Shown: positions 30,796-41,278, counted from the first letter of the whole stretch. The stretch: DNA of 63,418 nt, filler included, from a bacterium (GCA_026985515.1; 8 parts of 8 records of this genome joined end to end with filler, not necessarily neighbours in it), one strand, 5' to 3'. The notes: a model not told the origin generated them from the letters alone. Made by a program: numbers and translations.

Positions 30796-31289
30796 CTGTT
30801 TCTGAGACAGGTATAAACTATTTTTCTTTTTATCCCATCAATAGTGACCGATTTGATATCAAGACTTGCCTGAATAGCATCACAGGATATTGGAGCAAAT
30901 TTCATTATGGGAAGTCTCAATGTGGAAGCAATAATCTCTCCTGTTATGCTTGAAACAAAAAAACCAGAGAATTCATTGTTGGCTGAGAGGAGAATTTTCA
31001 AGTTAATGATGAGATCCCTTTTTTCTCTGGTGGTTAATTTTCTGTTAATGTCTGTAAATATTCTCCTCCTCCCGTAACTTTCCAGTTCCCTGGTTAAAAA
31101 GATAAGCCAGGCTTCTGTTTCAGTTTTGATTTTGCTGAAGGAAACCCTGAGGGTGGTTTCTGCATTGGATATGGCCATTTTCTTTGTTATGGTGATATTG
31201 ACATAGGTAACTATGATGGTTGAAACGATTACTATGAAAATTATAAAAGTTATGAGTCTGAAACGTATTGAAGACAGAAGCTGCACCAA
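30796..31289 (-). CDS. Membrane sensor protein N-terminus (TM plus Cache-like domain), truncated
   Basis: SIRFRLI followed by a TM helix and an extracytoplasmic region with GEIIAST. Confidence 0.6.
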
Positions 31290-31304
31290 TCCCCCGCTGT
31301 CGAA

Positions 31305-31335
31305 ATAAAATGGGAGGGGAAATACCCCCTCACCA
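31305..31335 (-). terminator. Intrinsic terminator after the thiolase gene
   Basis: Minus strand reads TGGTGAGGGG-GTATTT-CCCCTCCCA followed by TTTTATTT. Confidence 0.6.
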
Positions 31336-31364
31336 TATCATAATATTCCCATTTTGCTTAAAAA

Positions 31365-32555
31365 TCAAGGTGTCCTGTATATCGCCACTGCTGCTACTGA
31401 TCCTGGCCCTCCCAGATTGTGAATCAGACCAAGTTTGGGATTTTTCACCTGCATTTTCCCTGCTCTACCAAGGAGTTGCTGATAAATCTGATATGTCATT
31501 CTCACCCCTGTGGCGCCTATAGGATGTCCACAGGATTTTAATCCACCACTTGTGTTGACGGGAAGTTTTCCATCAAGGGCTGTTATACCCTCCCTTATGA
31601 GGGTTGCACCTTTACCCTTTTCCACAAAGAAGAGGTCTTCATAGTTGATAATCTCGGTTATGGTGAAACAATCGTGAACCTCAGCGACTCCGATTTCATC
31701 AAATGGATTTTTAATTCCTGCTTCCTCGTAAGCCATTTTGGCAGCCATCTGGGTTGATCTGAAACCGATGTATTGCTCGTAGGGGTCAAAGTATCTTGCA
31801 TCGGTGGTGATGGAAAGCCCAATTGATTTAATAAGTACATAATCTCCATTGGGCTTAAGAGATTTTGCAATTTCCGGAGTGGTGAGAATGGCTGCAGCTG
31901 CTCCATCGGCAACGGTACTGCAATCATAGAGTCCCAGGGGATCTGCTATCATATACGCATTCATCACAGTGTCAATGTCAACCTGTTTTCTTATATGGGC
32001 CTTTGGATTCAGACTACCATTGTAGTGATTTTTTACTGCCACAAGAGCCAGATCTTTTTTTGTCGTACCAAATTCGTGGAAATGTCTGTTTGCCATGAGG
32101 GCAAACATACCGGGAGCAGTCTGACCCTTTCCAATAACTGGATGGCCGTTGAGGAGTGTCTGCCTGATCAGACTGTCCCTTGAACCAACATCTCTCATCT
32201 TTTCCTCACCAAGCACAAGGACAATTTTGTACTGACCAGCGGCAATGGCATAGGCTGCATTTCTCAATGCATCCATACCGGTGGCGCAGTAGTTGGAAAC
32301 CCTGCTTGATGGTCTGTCCCACAGTCCAAGAGCTTCAGCAAGATAAGAACCTGCCTGCCCCTGAAATCCACCTGCCATATTTGGTTCAAAAACCCCAAGC
32401 CACATGGCCTCTATCTGGGATGGTTCTATGCCAGCATCCTGTATTGCTTCAACATACGCCTCTACAGCCAGATCCACAAATCCTGCGTCAAATCTATCCC
32501 CTAATTTTGTTTGTCCCATACCGATTATTGCAACCTTATCTTTTAAACCCTGCAT
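31365..32555 (-). CDS. Thiolase, SCP-x/archaeal-type (acetyl-CoA acetyltransferase)
   Basis: SNYCATG (catalytic Cys), AVKNH.NG..NPKAH, EVHDCFTITE, GHPIGATG, HNLGG. Confidence 0.93.
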   Translation of the reverse strand: MQGLKDKVAIIGMGQTKLGDRFDAGFVDLAVEAYVEAIQDAGIEPSQIEAMWLGVFEPNMAGGFQGQAGSYLAEALGLWDRPSSRVSNYCATGMDALRNAAYAIAAGQYKIVLVLGEEKMRDVGSRDSLIRQTLLNGHPVIGKGQTAPGMFALMANRHFHEFGTTKKDLALVAVKNHYNGSLNPKAHIRKQVDIDTVMNAYMIADPLGLYDCSTVADGAAAAILTTPEIAKSLKPNGDYVLIKSIGLSITTDARYFDPYEQYIGFRSTQMAAKMAYEEAGIKNPFDEIGVAEVHDCFTITEIINYEDLFFVEKGKGATLIREGITALDGKLPVNTSGGLKSCGHPIGATGVRMTYQIYQQLLGRAGKMQVKNPKLGLIHNLGGPGSVAAVAIYRTP

Positions 32556-32572
32556 GGTTCTCCTCCTTAATT

Positions 32573-34036
32573 TTATTTGCCTCTAACTGGTCTTGCTTTC
32601 CAGTAGTAGTTGTAAAATCCCTTCGCCCTGTGGAAAATTCTGAAGGTCAATTCAACCTCTTTATCTATCAGGCTTGATTCTTTATCCTGCCACTCGGGAG
32701 GCATATCTGTTAACTGTGTGAATGTTCTTCCTCCTCCCTCAAAGTCAACAACTGCCATTCCTACTGGATGCTCAGGATTTGGTATGGCTCGTTCCCTGGT
32801 GAAGGTAACTATTTTGCCTCTTCTTGAAAGTTTGAATGGTTCAAATTCATCTATGGCACCACACTTTGGACACACTCTTTTGGGTGGGAAGTAAATAGAG
32901 CCACATTTTTTACACTTCACACCGTAAAGAGAGAGGATTGTTTTCTTTTCCCTGTACAGTTCTGTTACAGATGTGTAGGGTTCTGCAGGCCAGAGGCCTT
33001 TTTTTGTTACAATTTCCTCCCTCCATTTCAGAACCTTGGTGTAGTATGGAAGATCAATTTTGCTGCCGAGCCAGTCCCGAACACTTCTCTTACCCTTTTT
33101 CTTGAAATCTTCTATTGCCTCTGTTACCCTGAAAGAGAAAGCTTCTGCACCATCTCCATAAGAAATAAGAATTATTCTTTCGCCGGGATTTGCCTCTTCC
33201 AGGGCCAGGACGCATTGAAGAAGAACATTTGCCACTCCCGGATTGCCTACTCCAAGGAGAAGTGTGGGGTCCTGGTTCAGTTTCACGGCAAAATTTCCAA
33301 GACGTTTTGCAAGGGCCCTGTACGTATTTGCATCTGATGCGTAAACGATAATTTTGCTAACATCATCTGGAGTCAGATTGAGTTTTTTGGCAAGACCTTC
33401 AAGGGCTTTTGGCACCATGTTGAGGTAACCAAAAATAGATGCAGCCTTTTCATCATCTGAAAAGATGTACTTGTCTTCCCTCTTTCTCCAGTAATCGAGA
33501 AGTTCCTGTGAGAGCAGATAACTTCCTTCAAATTCTGCAATTACATCGTCACCCTCTCCCACAACAACAGCAGCAGATGCGTCTCCGCTCATCGTTTCCA
33601 TGATACTTTCCGGCTCATAAAGCCTTACATCTGAGGCAACCACCAATCCTTCTTCAAATGCACCGGCTTTAACGCCGTTGAGAGCCACCAGCATTGCACT
33701 TGTGCCGGCCCTGAGACTGTTTGCAAAATCGATGGTGCTTATGGAGGATGGCAGGTCAGCTATTTCTGCGAGGGTGCTTGAGGAATTTTTTTCCAGATAT
33801 GGGGCGGTGGTTGAGGCGAAGTAAAGTGATCCAATTTTTGAAGCATCTCTTCCCTCCAGAGCAAGGAGAACCGATTCCGATGCCATGGTGAGAGCATCTT
33901 CGTCATAGTTTGCAACTGCCTTTTCTCCCAGCAGCATCTTCATGATGAAGGGGTCATACCCCCACGCCTCACCTATCTTCTGCCGCTGAATACGGTGGGC
34001 TGGAATGTAGGAACCAACATCTTTAATTCCAATCAT
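32573..34036 (-). CDS. HMG-CoA-synthase-like domain fused to DUF35 (Zn-ribbon plus OB fold)
   Basis: EKAVANYDEDALTMA, YFASTT.PY.EK, SYGDGAEA. C-terminal CKKC...FPPKRVCPKC and VELTFR...YYWKARP. SLRAGT sits at the catalytic-Cys position. Confidence 0.9.
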   Translation of the reverse strand: MIGIKDVGSYIPAHRIQRQKIGEAWGYDPFIMKMLLGEKAVANYDEDALTMASESVLLALEGRDASKIGSLYFASTTAPYLEKNSSSTLAEIADLPSSISTIDFANSLRAGTSAMLVALNGVKAGAFEEGLVVASDVRLYEPESIMETMSGDASAAVVVGEGDDVIAEFEGSYLLSQELLDYWRKREDKYIFSDDEKAASIFGYLNMVPKALEGLAKKLNLTPDDVSKIIVYASDANTYRALAKRLGNFAVKLNQDPTLLLGVGNPGVANVLLQCVLALEEANPGERIILISYGDGAEAFSFRVTEAIEDFKKKGKRSVRDWLGSKIDLPYYTKVLKWREEIVTKKGLWPAEPYTSVTELYREKKTILSLYGVKCKKCGSIYFPPKRVCPKCGAIDEFEPFKLSRRGKIVTFTRERAIPNPEHPVGMAVVDFEGGGRTFTQLTDMPPEWQDKESSLIDKEVELTFRIFHRAKGFYNYYWKARPVRGK

Positions 34037-34055
34037 ACCACACTCCTTTCTTTAA

Positions 34056-34107
34056 TTTTTGACAATTTTGTCAAAAAAACATTAACACATTATTCCTCTC
34101 GTGTCAA
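34056..34107 (-). promoter_or_regulatory. Promoter and palindromic operator of the HMGS-like/thiolase operon
   Basis: -35 TTGACA (34102-34107, minus strand), 17-bp spacer, TGtTAATGT. Perfect inverted repeat TTTTTGACAA-TT-TTGTCAAAAA at 34056-34077. Confidence 0.65.
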
Positions 34108-34190
34108 GAGCAGATTTTCTGAGCTGGCTGTATCTAATTTTCTTTGCGGAGGATGGGGAATTGGGCTATAATGATAAAGAGAGGTGAGAA

Positions 34191-35054
34191 ATGGCTAAAG
34201 TTCTGTCAATTAATCTCGGTGATATACATAAAAATCTTATCCTTCCTAAGGGAACGAATGTTACAAAGGAAACTCTGAAAGGACTTCATGAAAAATTCAA
34301 GACATCTGGTATCAGGAAAATTGCTTCTACTTCTGTTTTCCGTGACATGAAAAAGATTTTGAAGGAAAAAAATTATTCACCTCTTTTCCGGGATCATGAA
34401 ACTGCAGAAAAGGTTCTCAGATATCTGGAGCAGATCAGTTATCCGGAAGAGATTTTCCTTGAACTTGAATATCTTAAGAAAAAGTCTATCTTCACTTACC
34501 ACCATTCCCTGGCAACCACCATAATTGTGACAAGAATAGCCCTGGATTTCGTGTTTTATCACGATTTAATCACGGAAATTGCATCTGCGAATCTGACAAA
34601 AGATATTGGTATGTCAAGATTGAGCAAGACCCTGATCCAGAACACAGATTTTCTCTCAAGAGAGGAGTATGAGACAATTAAAGAGCATACCCTGTGGGGA
34701 TTGATTCTGCTGATCTACTATCTGGGCGAGGGTTTGAATGCTCTTATTGCTTATCGCCATCATGAGAGAGGTTTGCACGATGATAAGTTCAAATTTCTTG
34801 ATCTGGTTGTGGCGGTTGATATTTTCAATGCCCTCATATCTCCAAGACCATTCAGGAAAAAACCTTACAATATAAGGGGAGCTCTTGATCTTCTCACAGA
34901 AATGGGTGAGAAAAAGGAAGTTAATCTGGAAATGGTAAAGAGAATTATTGCTGCGTATAGAGAGGAGTACCAGCCACCTGAAGAAATTACGCTTTCAAAG
35001 GAAAAGCTTGGTTTTATACCTGATGATAATTTTTACGGGGTAAAAGATCTGTAG
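34191..35054 (+). CDS. Degenerate HD-GYP-like domain protein
   Basis: TYHHS, LTKDIG (HD changed to KD), LSREEYETIKEH, HHER, VDIFNAL.SPRPFR. No GYP motif. Confidence 0.75.
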   Translation: MAKVLSINLGDIHKNLILPKGTNVTKETLKGLHEKFKTSGIRKIASTSVFRDMKKILKEKNYSPLFRDHETAEKVLRYLEQISYPEEIFLELEYLKKKSIFTYHHSLATTIIVTRIALDFVFYHDLITEIASANLTKDIGMSRLSKTLIQNTDFLSREEYETIKEHTLWGLILLIYYLGEGLNALIAYRHHERGLHDDKFKFLDLVVAVDIFNALISPRPFRKKPYNIRGALDLLTEMGEKKEVNLEMVKRIIAAYREEYQPPEEITLSKEKLGFIPDDNFYGVKDL

Positions 35055-35057
35055 TTA

Positions 35058-36341
35058 ATGGATTCTCTTTTTTCGAAGGATAATACCGGGAAGTTAACTC
35101 TCTCACAAAAATATGCTCCTTCTTCCTTTGAGGAAATGGTGGGTCAGGAACACCTCATCGGAGAGAGTGGTGTCATCAGGAGGTTTCTGAAAGAGGGTTA
35201 TGTTCCATCAATGATCTTCTGGGGTCCTCCAGGAACGGGTAAAACAACTCTTGCCAGAATAATTGCTGAGAAGATTTCCATCAAATTTATATTCACCTCC
35301 GCCATTACACATGGTGTCAGGGAGCTTAAGGACCTGATAGAAAAAAATTACAGGTATTATGGAAAATTCATTCTCTTTGTGGATGAGATTCATCACTTCA
35401 ACCGTAAGCAGCAGGATTTTTTTCTCCCCTACATTGAGGAAGGGAAAATTATTTTAATTGGTGCAACAACGGAAAATCCCTCTTTTAATCTTATTAACCC
35501 TCTGCTTTCCAGGTGTCATATTATTGTATTTCACCCTCTTTCTTCCGTTGATATAGCCGGGAAATTGAGAGAAATTGTGGTGAAAGAATGGGATGGTTCG
35601 GACCCTTTCCCCGATGAGCTGATCAGGGGAATCGCAGAAAGCTCAGGAGGGGATCTTAGAAGAGCCATCAATACACTTGAGCTAATCCTGTCAGTTTCGA
35701 GAGAAAGGATTGAAGAGGATAAACTGAAGAAGATTCTCCCTCCAATGGTACTTCGTTATAATAAGGAGGGAGATTATCATTACCAGTTGATATCGGCATT
35801 TATTAAAAGTATGAGGGGCTCTGATCCTGATGCTGCAGTTTACTATCTTGCAAGGATGCTTGAGAGTGGAGAGGATCCACTCTATATTGCCAGGAGGATG
35901 ATAATTTTTGCAGCTGAGGATGTGGGAAACGCTGATCCTCTGGCACTCCTTGTGGCAGTTGCTGCAAAACTTGCCTATGAGGCAGTGGGTGACGCAGAAG
36001 GGTGGATTCCTCTTGCTCATGCCGCTATTTACCTTGCTTCTACGGAGAAGAGTAACTCCACCTATCTTGCCTATAAAAGAGCAAAGGAGGAAATTAAAAG
36101 AAGCGGAGAATTGAATCCACCGTCTGAGATCTCCTTTGCGGGCAATAAGTTTATGGAGAATCTGGGCTATGGAAAAGGTTACAAATATCCCCATGATTTT
36201 CCGGAGCATTTTGTTGAATTTTTATATCTTCCGGAGAAAATAAAGAATAAGCGATTTTATTTCCCTTCTGATCAGGGTAGGGAAAAGAGGTTAAAAGAGA
36301 GACTTAAAAAACTGTGGAAAGAACTTAAGAAGTATGAATAA
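35058..36341 (+). CDS. rarA: Replication-associated recombination protein A
   Basis: GPPGTGKTT, DEIH.FN..QQD, GATTENPSF, ISAFIKSMRGSDPDA, EDVGNADP, YKYPHD. Confidence 0.95.
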   Translation: MDSLFSKDNTGKLTLSQKYAPSSFEEMVGQEHLIGESGVIRRFLKEGYVPSMIFWGPPGTGKTTLARIIAEKISIKFIFTSAITHGVRELKDLIEKNYRYYGKFILFVDEIHHFNRKQQDFFLPYIEEGKIILIGATTENPSFNLINPLLSRCHIIVFHPLSSVDIAGKLREIVVKEWDGSDPFPDELIRGIAESSGGDLRRAINTLELILSVSRERIEEDKLKKILPPMVLRYNKEGDYHYQLISAFIKSMRGSDPDAAVYYLARMLESGEDPLYIARRMIIFAAEDVGNADPLALLVAVAAKLAYEAVGDAEGWIPLAHAAIYLASTEKSNSTYLAYKRAKEEIKRSGELNPPSEISFAGNKFMENLGYGKGYKYPHDFPEHFVEFLYLPEKIKNKRFYFPSDQGREKRLKERLKKLWKELKKYE

Positions 36342-38469
36342 AAAAGCAATCCTTGCGATTTTTTTCGCTTTTCATCTTTTCATCAGTGGATGTATCACTT
36401 CATCCTCTGGTAGAAAAGAGAGGATCTATTCTCATGAAGTAACATACTCCACCTATCTTTCTTTTGCTCTCATGAGGGATTATGTGAAGTTTGGTGATTA
36501 CAGGGGAGCTCTCAGGGTATATGAGAGCTTCCATGGAAAGAAGACAGTTAATCTTGAATTTCTTGCCGCTTATACTTTGATGAAGCTGGGCAGGTACAGT
36601 GAAGCAGCTGAGAAGTTTTTCATGCTCTATAAAAAAGGGTTTCTGCCTGATTATTCTCTTTACTTTGCAGGGTTGAATTATTTTAAAAGTGGAAATTTTT
36701 ATGTAAGTAAGGATCTATTTGAACTTCACCTCAGTTCTTTTCCTTCTTCAATCTTTGCCAGTGAGGATAGATGTCTTCTCACCAAGATAACTGGTAAACT
36801 TGGATTGAGAAAGGTTTATGAGGGTGATTTCCCAAATTCAGCAGATTGTCTGTATACAAGGATCCTATCTGAGAAAAACAGGCAGAGGATGGTTGCTCTT
36901 GTAAAGGATTTTCTCGTTACTTACCCGGGGCATCCCTATGAAGAGGAAATTCTTGATAGGGCAGGGGCTACAGTTTTTACACTGCTTGATCTGGATTCTT
37001 TGAAGAAGAGATGGGAGAGGATGATCGGGAGGGGAGAATGGAAGATTCTGAAGAGAGAGGCCAGGAAGTATTTGAAGAGGACGGGGGATAGAGGTTGTTA
37101 CTATTATTTGCTGGGAAAGATGAGGTTCAGAATGAAGGATTACTCTTCCGCAGCAAGATACTTTGTTAAAGCAAGAAAAATGAGGAAAAATAATTGTGCA
37201 GAAGAGGTCTTATACAATCTGGGGCGCACCTACGCAAGGCTTGACAGAAACAATGACTCAATAAAGATTTTCAGAACCCTATTGAAAAAGTTTCCCAACA
37301 CCAGGTTCAAAGAGGATACAATTTACAGATTGGGGCTTGTATATACATACATGAAGGTTACAGATTCTGCAATCTCAGCTTTTGAAAATTATCATCTTGC
37401 CTATCCTTCGGGTAAGTATATAGAGGATGTTTTGTGGAAACTGGCAATGTACAGTTATTCTCGCGGAAACACAACTGCTTCAATCAGTTATTTGAAGGAA
37501 CTTTATGAGAAGGGCCACAGACTGAGAAAGGCTCAATCCCTCTACTGGCGGGCTAAATGGGATAAAAGTAACCGGGAAAAGTATCTAAAAGAACTCCTTA
37601 CACATTTCCCCTTGTCATTTTATGCCTATGTTTCATCACGCTGTTTGAGTAGCAGAATGCCTGTGATGACTCCTGAAATCAGATTTTACGCCGAGACGAT
37701 CACAGGACTTGTGAATGATACCACCACAGTTACAGAATCTTCTCACATATACAATATAAAGCATCTCCTCGAACTTGGATTAAACAGATATGTTGCCTCT
37801 GAAGTTAAGATTCTGGTGGAGAGCGCCACAAAGAAAAGGGTTATGGCTTATCTGCTCGGGGGGTGGTTGAATCACAGAAAACTCTTCTATCTTTCCCAGA
37901 AGTTAATAGTCACGTATTTCCCTGATCAGATGTTGCTGGTGAGTTTTGATAATCCTGTGTATCTTGATCTGACAAGGCTGGTTTTCCCTATGGCATACAG
38001 GGAGATTGTGGAACAATGGGCGGAAGAGACAGGTCTCTCCCCTGAATGGTTGTGGGCGATTATGCGGCAGGAAAGCAGATTTAATCCCATGGCAGTATCT
38101 GTGGCTGGTGCTATTGGATTGATGCAGATTATTCCGCCAACTGCCGGAAAAATAGCTAAAAAGATATATTACTATTTTGACACCATTGATCTTTTCAATC
38201 CTGATGTGAATGTGATGCTTGCCTCTTACTACCTTAAGTTCCTTTTTAAGCAGTTTAATGATCCTGTTTTTGTTGCTGCAGCTTACAATGCAGGTGAAGA
38301 CAATGTGGATAGGTGGAGGAAGCAGATAAATTATAGCTGCATAGATGAATGGGTGGAGGAAATACCCTTTGATGAGACACGGAAATATGTCAAAAAAGTT
38401 ATTGGTAACTGGTTGACCTATAACTTCCTGAAGAGGATAGCTTTTTATGAAGCCAGTGGTAGTTATTGA
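36334..38469 (+). CDS. Slt70-like lytic transglycosylase with TPR repeats (lipoprotein)
   Basis: Lipobox ISGC, TPR helices, AIMRQESRF, GAIGLMQI, AAYNAG, IPFDETRKYVKKV. Confidence 0.92.
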   Translation: MNKKAILAIFFAFHLFISGCITSSSGRKERIYSHEVTYSTYLSFALMRDYVKFGDYRGALRVYESFHGKKTVNLEFLAAYTLMKLGRYSEAAEKFFMLYKKGFLPDYSLYFAGLNYFKSGNFYVSKDLFELHLSSFPSSIFASEDRCLLTKITGKLGLRKVYEGDFPNSADCLYTRILSEKNRQRMVALVKDFLVTYPGHPYEEEILDRAGATVFTLLDLDSLKKRWERMIGRGEWKILKREARKYLKRTGDRGCYYYLLGKMRFRMKDYSSAARYFVKARKMRKNNCAEEVLYNLGRTYARLDRNNDSIKIFRTLLKKFPNTRFKEDTIYRLGLVYTYMKVTDSAISAFENYHLAYPSGKYIEDVLWKLAMYSYSRGNTTASISYLKELYEKGHRLRKAQSLYWRAKWDKSNREKYLKELLTHFPLSFYAYVSSRCLSSRMPVMTPEIRFYAETITGLVNDTTTVTESSHIYNIKHLLELGLNRYVASEVKILVESATKKRVMAYLLGGWLNHRKLFYLSQKLIVTYFPDQMLLVSFDNPVYLDLTRLVFPMAYREIVEQWAEETGLSPEWLWAIMRQESRFNPMAVSVAGAIGLMQIIPPTAGKIAKKIYYYFDTIDLFNPDVNVMLASYYLKFLFKQFNDPVFVAAAYNAGEDNVDRWRKQINYSCIDEWVEEIPFDETRKYVKKVIGNWLTYNFLKRIAFYEASGSY

Positions 38470-41233
38470 GTTTATTTTGTTTTACCTGATCCTTCTCATT
38501 GTGCCACTCCGGGCAGGTGAGTATCCTCCCGGCCTCAAATGGTATACCCTGGAAACAGAGCATTTCTATATTTATTATCCTGAGGATTTGAAGGAAGTTG
38601 CTCAGAAAATTGGTTTTATTGCTGAGGATGTCTATGAAAAGCTCGTCCCTTTTATGAGGTGGATGCCAGACAGAAAGGTTGATGTGGTGTTGAATGACTT
38701 TACAGATCTTGCCAATGGATTCACAACATTTGTACCTTCAAACAGAATTGAACTTTTTTTAACACCTCCTCCCCTTGAATCCCAGCTGAACAACTACAAC
38801 GACTGGCTCTATCTTCTGTTTACCCATGAATTTACCCATACTTTACATATTGACCAGAATGGAGGTATCGCCTCCCTCTCAAGGTATCTTTTTGGTAGAT
38901 TTTACTACTCTCCGGCTCCTTTTCTTCCTTCAATACCTGTGGTATTTTTCCCTTCATGGATTCATGAGAGTATAGCTGTTTACAATGAGACATTGTTTAC
39001 CGGAAAGGGTAGGGGTAACAGTCCCTATACAGATATGGTTATTTTCACTGCTCTTCTTGAACACAACTTCCCCACCCTTGCGCAACTCATTACCCCACCT
39101 CCTTCCTGGCCAGATGGTTATATTCCCTACATTTTCGGAGAGGAATTCCTCAAGTTTTTGATTAACAGGCACGGAAAAGAGGCACTTTACAGATCTTTCA
39201 GACTTGAAAGAAACTATATTTTCCCTTTCTGGGAAGAGATCCTGCACTTCTTTTCGTTTCACACACCAATGGAAGCTGACTGGAATGCGTGGAAGAGGTA
39301 TCTCTTTGATGAAGCAGAGGAGAGAGGTTTTAAACTTCGCAGAAGAGGTGTGAAGTTTATTTCACCACCCCAGTGGGGACACTCTTCTCCTGTGTGCATG
39401 GGTGGGAAGGTGTACTATGTAGAAATATCTGGCTACAGAGAGAGGAGGCTGATCCTGTATGATCCTCTGACAGGCAGCAGGAAGGTTCTTATTAAAGGTA
39501 AAATTCTTCCCTACCTCACCACAGATGGAAGGTATCTTTACTATTCAAAAATCGATTTTTTTGAGAGGCATTATCTATTTTCTGATCTTTACCTTTATGA
39601 TCCTCTTAAAGGTACGGAAAAAAGATTAACATGGGGTAAGAGATTGAAGTACCCTGTTTCTGACGGAAAGTTCATTTATGCTCTCAAAGTAACATGGAAA
39701 GGTGTCTGGCTTGTAAAGATCAGCTTTGATGGTTCTGTTCTTGATTCATACAGAATACCCGGTGCAGATAATGCCGCTTTTCTGATTGTTGACAGGAAAG
39801 GTGATAGATTGATTTTCAGTGTGCATAAGGAAGGGAGTGTCGTTATAGAAAGTTTTGATCCTTCAAACGGTGAGTTTCATGATATAACAGATGAAGGATG
39901 GATTGACCTTTATCCAGGTTTTACACCGGAAGGAGATATTATTTTTTCTTCAAGCCGTGGTAATAAAGGTTTCAATCTTTTTATGATCTCTGACGGAAAA
40001 ATAATACCTGTAACCCGGGGTTTTGGTGGTTACTTTAAAAGTTGCTTCCTGGACAAGAGACATATAATTGTGGACCTTTACACCAGCAGAGGTTTCAGGG
40101 TAGCAGAAATGAAAGTCCGAAAAGGTAAAAAGAGGAAATTGCAGAAAAAGGTTACAGAAGATTTCTCTTCCCCGGCAGGTGAAGGTAAAGTTTTCCAGCC
40201 TTCAGGGAGATACAATCCTTTTTCACATCTTTCACCTGCTGCTGTTTTCCCCGAAATTTCATACTCCCCGGTGTGGAAGTGGAGAGCCGGTTTTGAGCTT
40301 AAGGGTGGTGACCCCCTCAACTTTGTCTCTTATGATTTTCAGATTGATAGAAAAATGTCCTTTAACACCACTGACTTTTCCGGGTGGATAGTCTTGAGCA
40401 GATTTGACCCTGACATTGCAGCGGGTGGAGGTATACTCTCAATTCCGGCAGATAAGTCTGGTAAAAGGGCATTCGTGAAGAAAAAATTTTTTACTTTTCA
40501 GATGCTGTATAATTCCCCTTCTCTAAATGATATTTCAAAGGCTATTGTATTTACATACAGTTTCGCATCTACCTCTACAGAAGAAGGTGGCGCAAGAGTT
40601 ACCTTTCAGTATTCCACGGTAAAAAGTTATCCCGAAATATGGCGCTTGAATGACGGTTTTTATGCAGGGCTATCCCTCATCTCCTATTCACCTTTTCTTG
40701 GTTCTCCCTACAACACGGCTGGGGTTATAACAGATTTCAGGGATTATTTTTCAATTCTTCCTGATGTGCTTGGAAGGTTCGAAGTTTATGGGGGTATCAC
40801 CGGAGGGGATGGGAGAAAAGATCTGAAAATAACTCCTGGAGAAAATGCATATAAATCTGATCCCTTTTATTACTCTGTCCCCTCAGAAAACTCTTTTAAC
40901 TTTTATGGTTACCTGGAAGGTGAAATCAAAGCCTATACTCTGGGAGCTTTCTCGACCTCTCTTGATTTCAGAGTGTGGAGAATTAATGATGGATTTGGGG
41001 CTCTTCCCTTCTGGATCGGGGAGGTATGGGCAACTTTTTTTACTCAACATGTTTTCTCTGCCTCTAAAAAATTTTCCATACCTGATGAATACCATGGAAA
41101 TGTTGGAACATCCTTCACTTTTAACTTCGTGGCAGGTCATTTGATCCCCTTTTACATTAAGTTTGTGGTAACTTACAGGATCCCCGATGGCAAAACTCTT
41201 GAGAGCTTTTATGTTTCTTTTTACCCCCTGTGA
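38447..41233 (+). CDS. Secreted multidomain protein: HExxH metallopeptidase-like + TolB-like beta-propeller + probable beta-barrel
   Basis: Signal peptide, W..LETEHFYIYY, HEFTH...WIHESIAVY, propeller repeats (SDLYLYD, EKRLT, DLYPGFTPEG), alternating aromatic beta-strands in the C-terminal region. Confidence 0.75.
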   Translation: MKPVVVIEFILFYLILLIVPLRAGEYPPGLKWYTLETEHFYIYYPEDLKEVAQKIGFIAEDVYEKLVPFMRWMPDRKVDVVLNDFTDLANGFTTFVPSNRIELFLTPPPLESQLNNYNDWLYLLFTHEFTHTLHIDQNGGIASLSRYLFGRFYYSPAPFLPSIPVVFFPSWIHESIAVYNETLFTGKGRGNSPYTDMVIFTALLEHNFPTLAQLITPPPSWPDGYIPYIFGEEFLKFLINRHGKEALYRSFRLERNYIFPFWEEILHFFSFHTPMEADWNAWKRYLFDEAEERGFKLRRRGVKFISPPQWGHSSPVCMGGKVYYVEISGYRERRLILYDPLTGSRKVLIKGKILPYLTTDGRYLYYSKIDFFERHYLFSDLYLYDPLKGTEKRLTWGKRLKYPVSDGKFIYALKVTWKGVWLVKISFDGSVLDSYRIPGADNAAFLIVDRKGDRLIFSVHKEGSVVIESFDPSNGEFHDITDEGWIDLYPGFTPEGDIIFSSSRGNKGFNLFMISDGKIIPVTRGFGGYFKSCFLDKRHIIVDLYTSRGFRVAEMKVRKGKKRKLQKKVTEDFSSPAGEGKVFQPSGRYNPFSHLSPAAVFPEISYSPVWKWRAGFELKGGDPLNFVSYDFQIDRKMSFNTTDFSGWIVLSRFDPDIAAGGGILSIPADKSGKRAFVKKKFFTFQMLYNSPSLNDISKAIVFTYSFASTSTEEGGARVTFQYSTVKSYPEIWRLNDGFYAGLSLISYSPFLGSPYNTAGVITDFRDYFSILPDVLGRFEVYGGITGGDGRKDLKITPGENAYKSDPFYYSVPSENSFNFYGYLEGEIKAYTLGAFSTSLDFRVWRINDGFGALPFWIGEVWATFFTQHVFSASKKFSIPDEYHGNVGTSFTFNFVAGHLIPFYIKFVVTYRIPDGKTLESFYVSFYPL

Positions 41234-41278
41234 GGTGGTTTCCCTTGAAAATAAGCCATCTACCTGTTATCATTAAGA

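Noticed and set aside
32573-34036. Mevalonate-pathway HMG-CoA synthase
   Set aside because: The catalytic Cys is absent, no HMG-CoA reductase is nearby, and dxr is present in the window.
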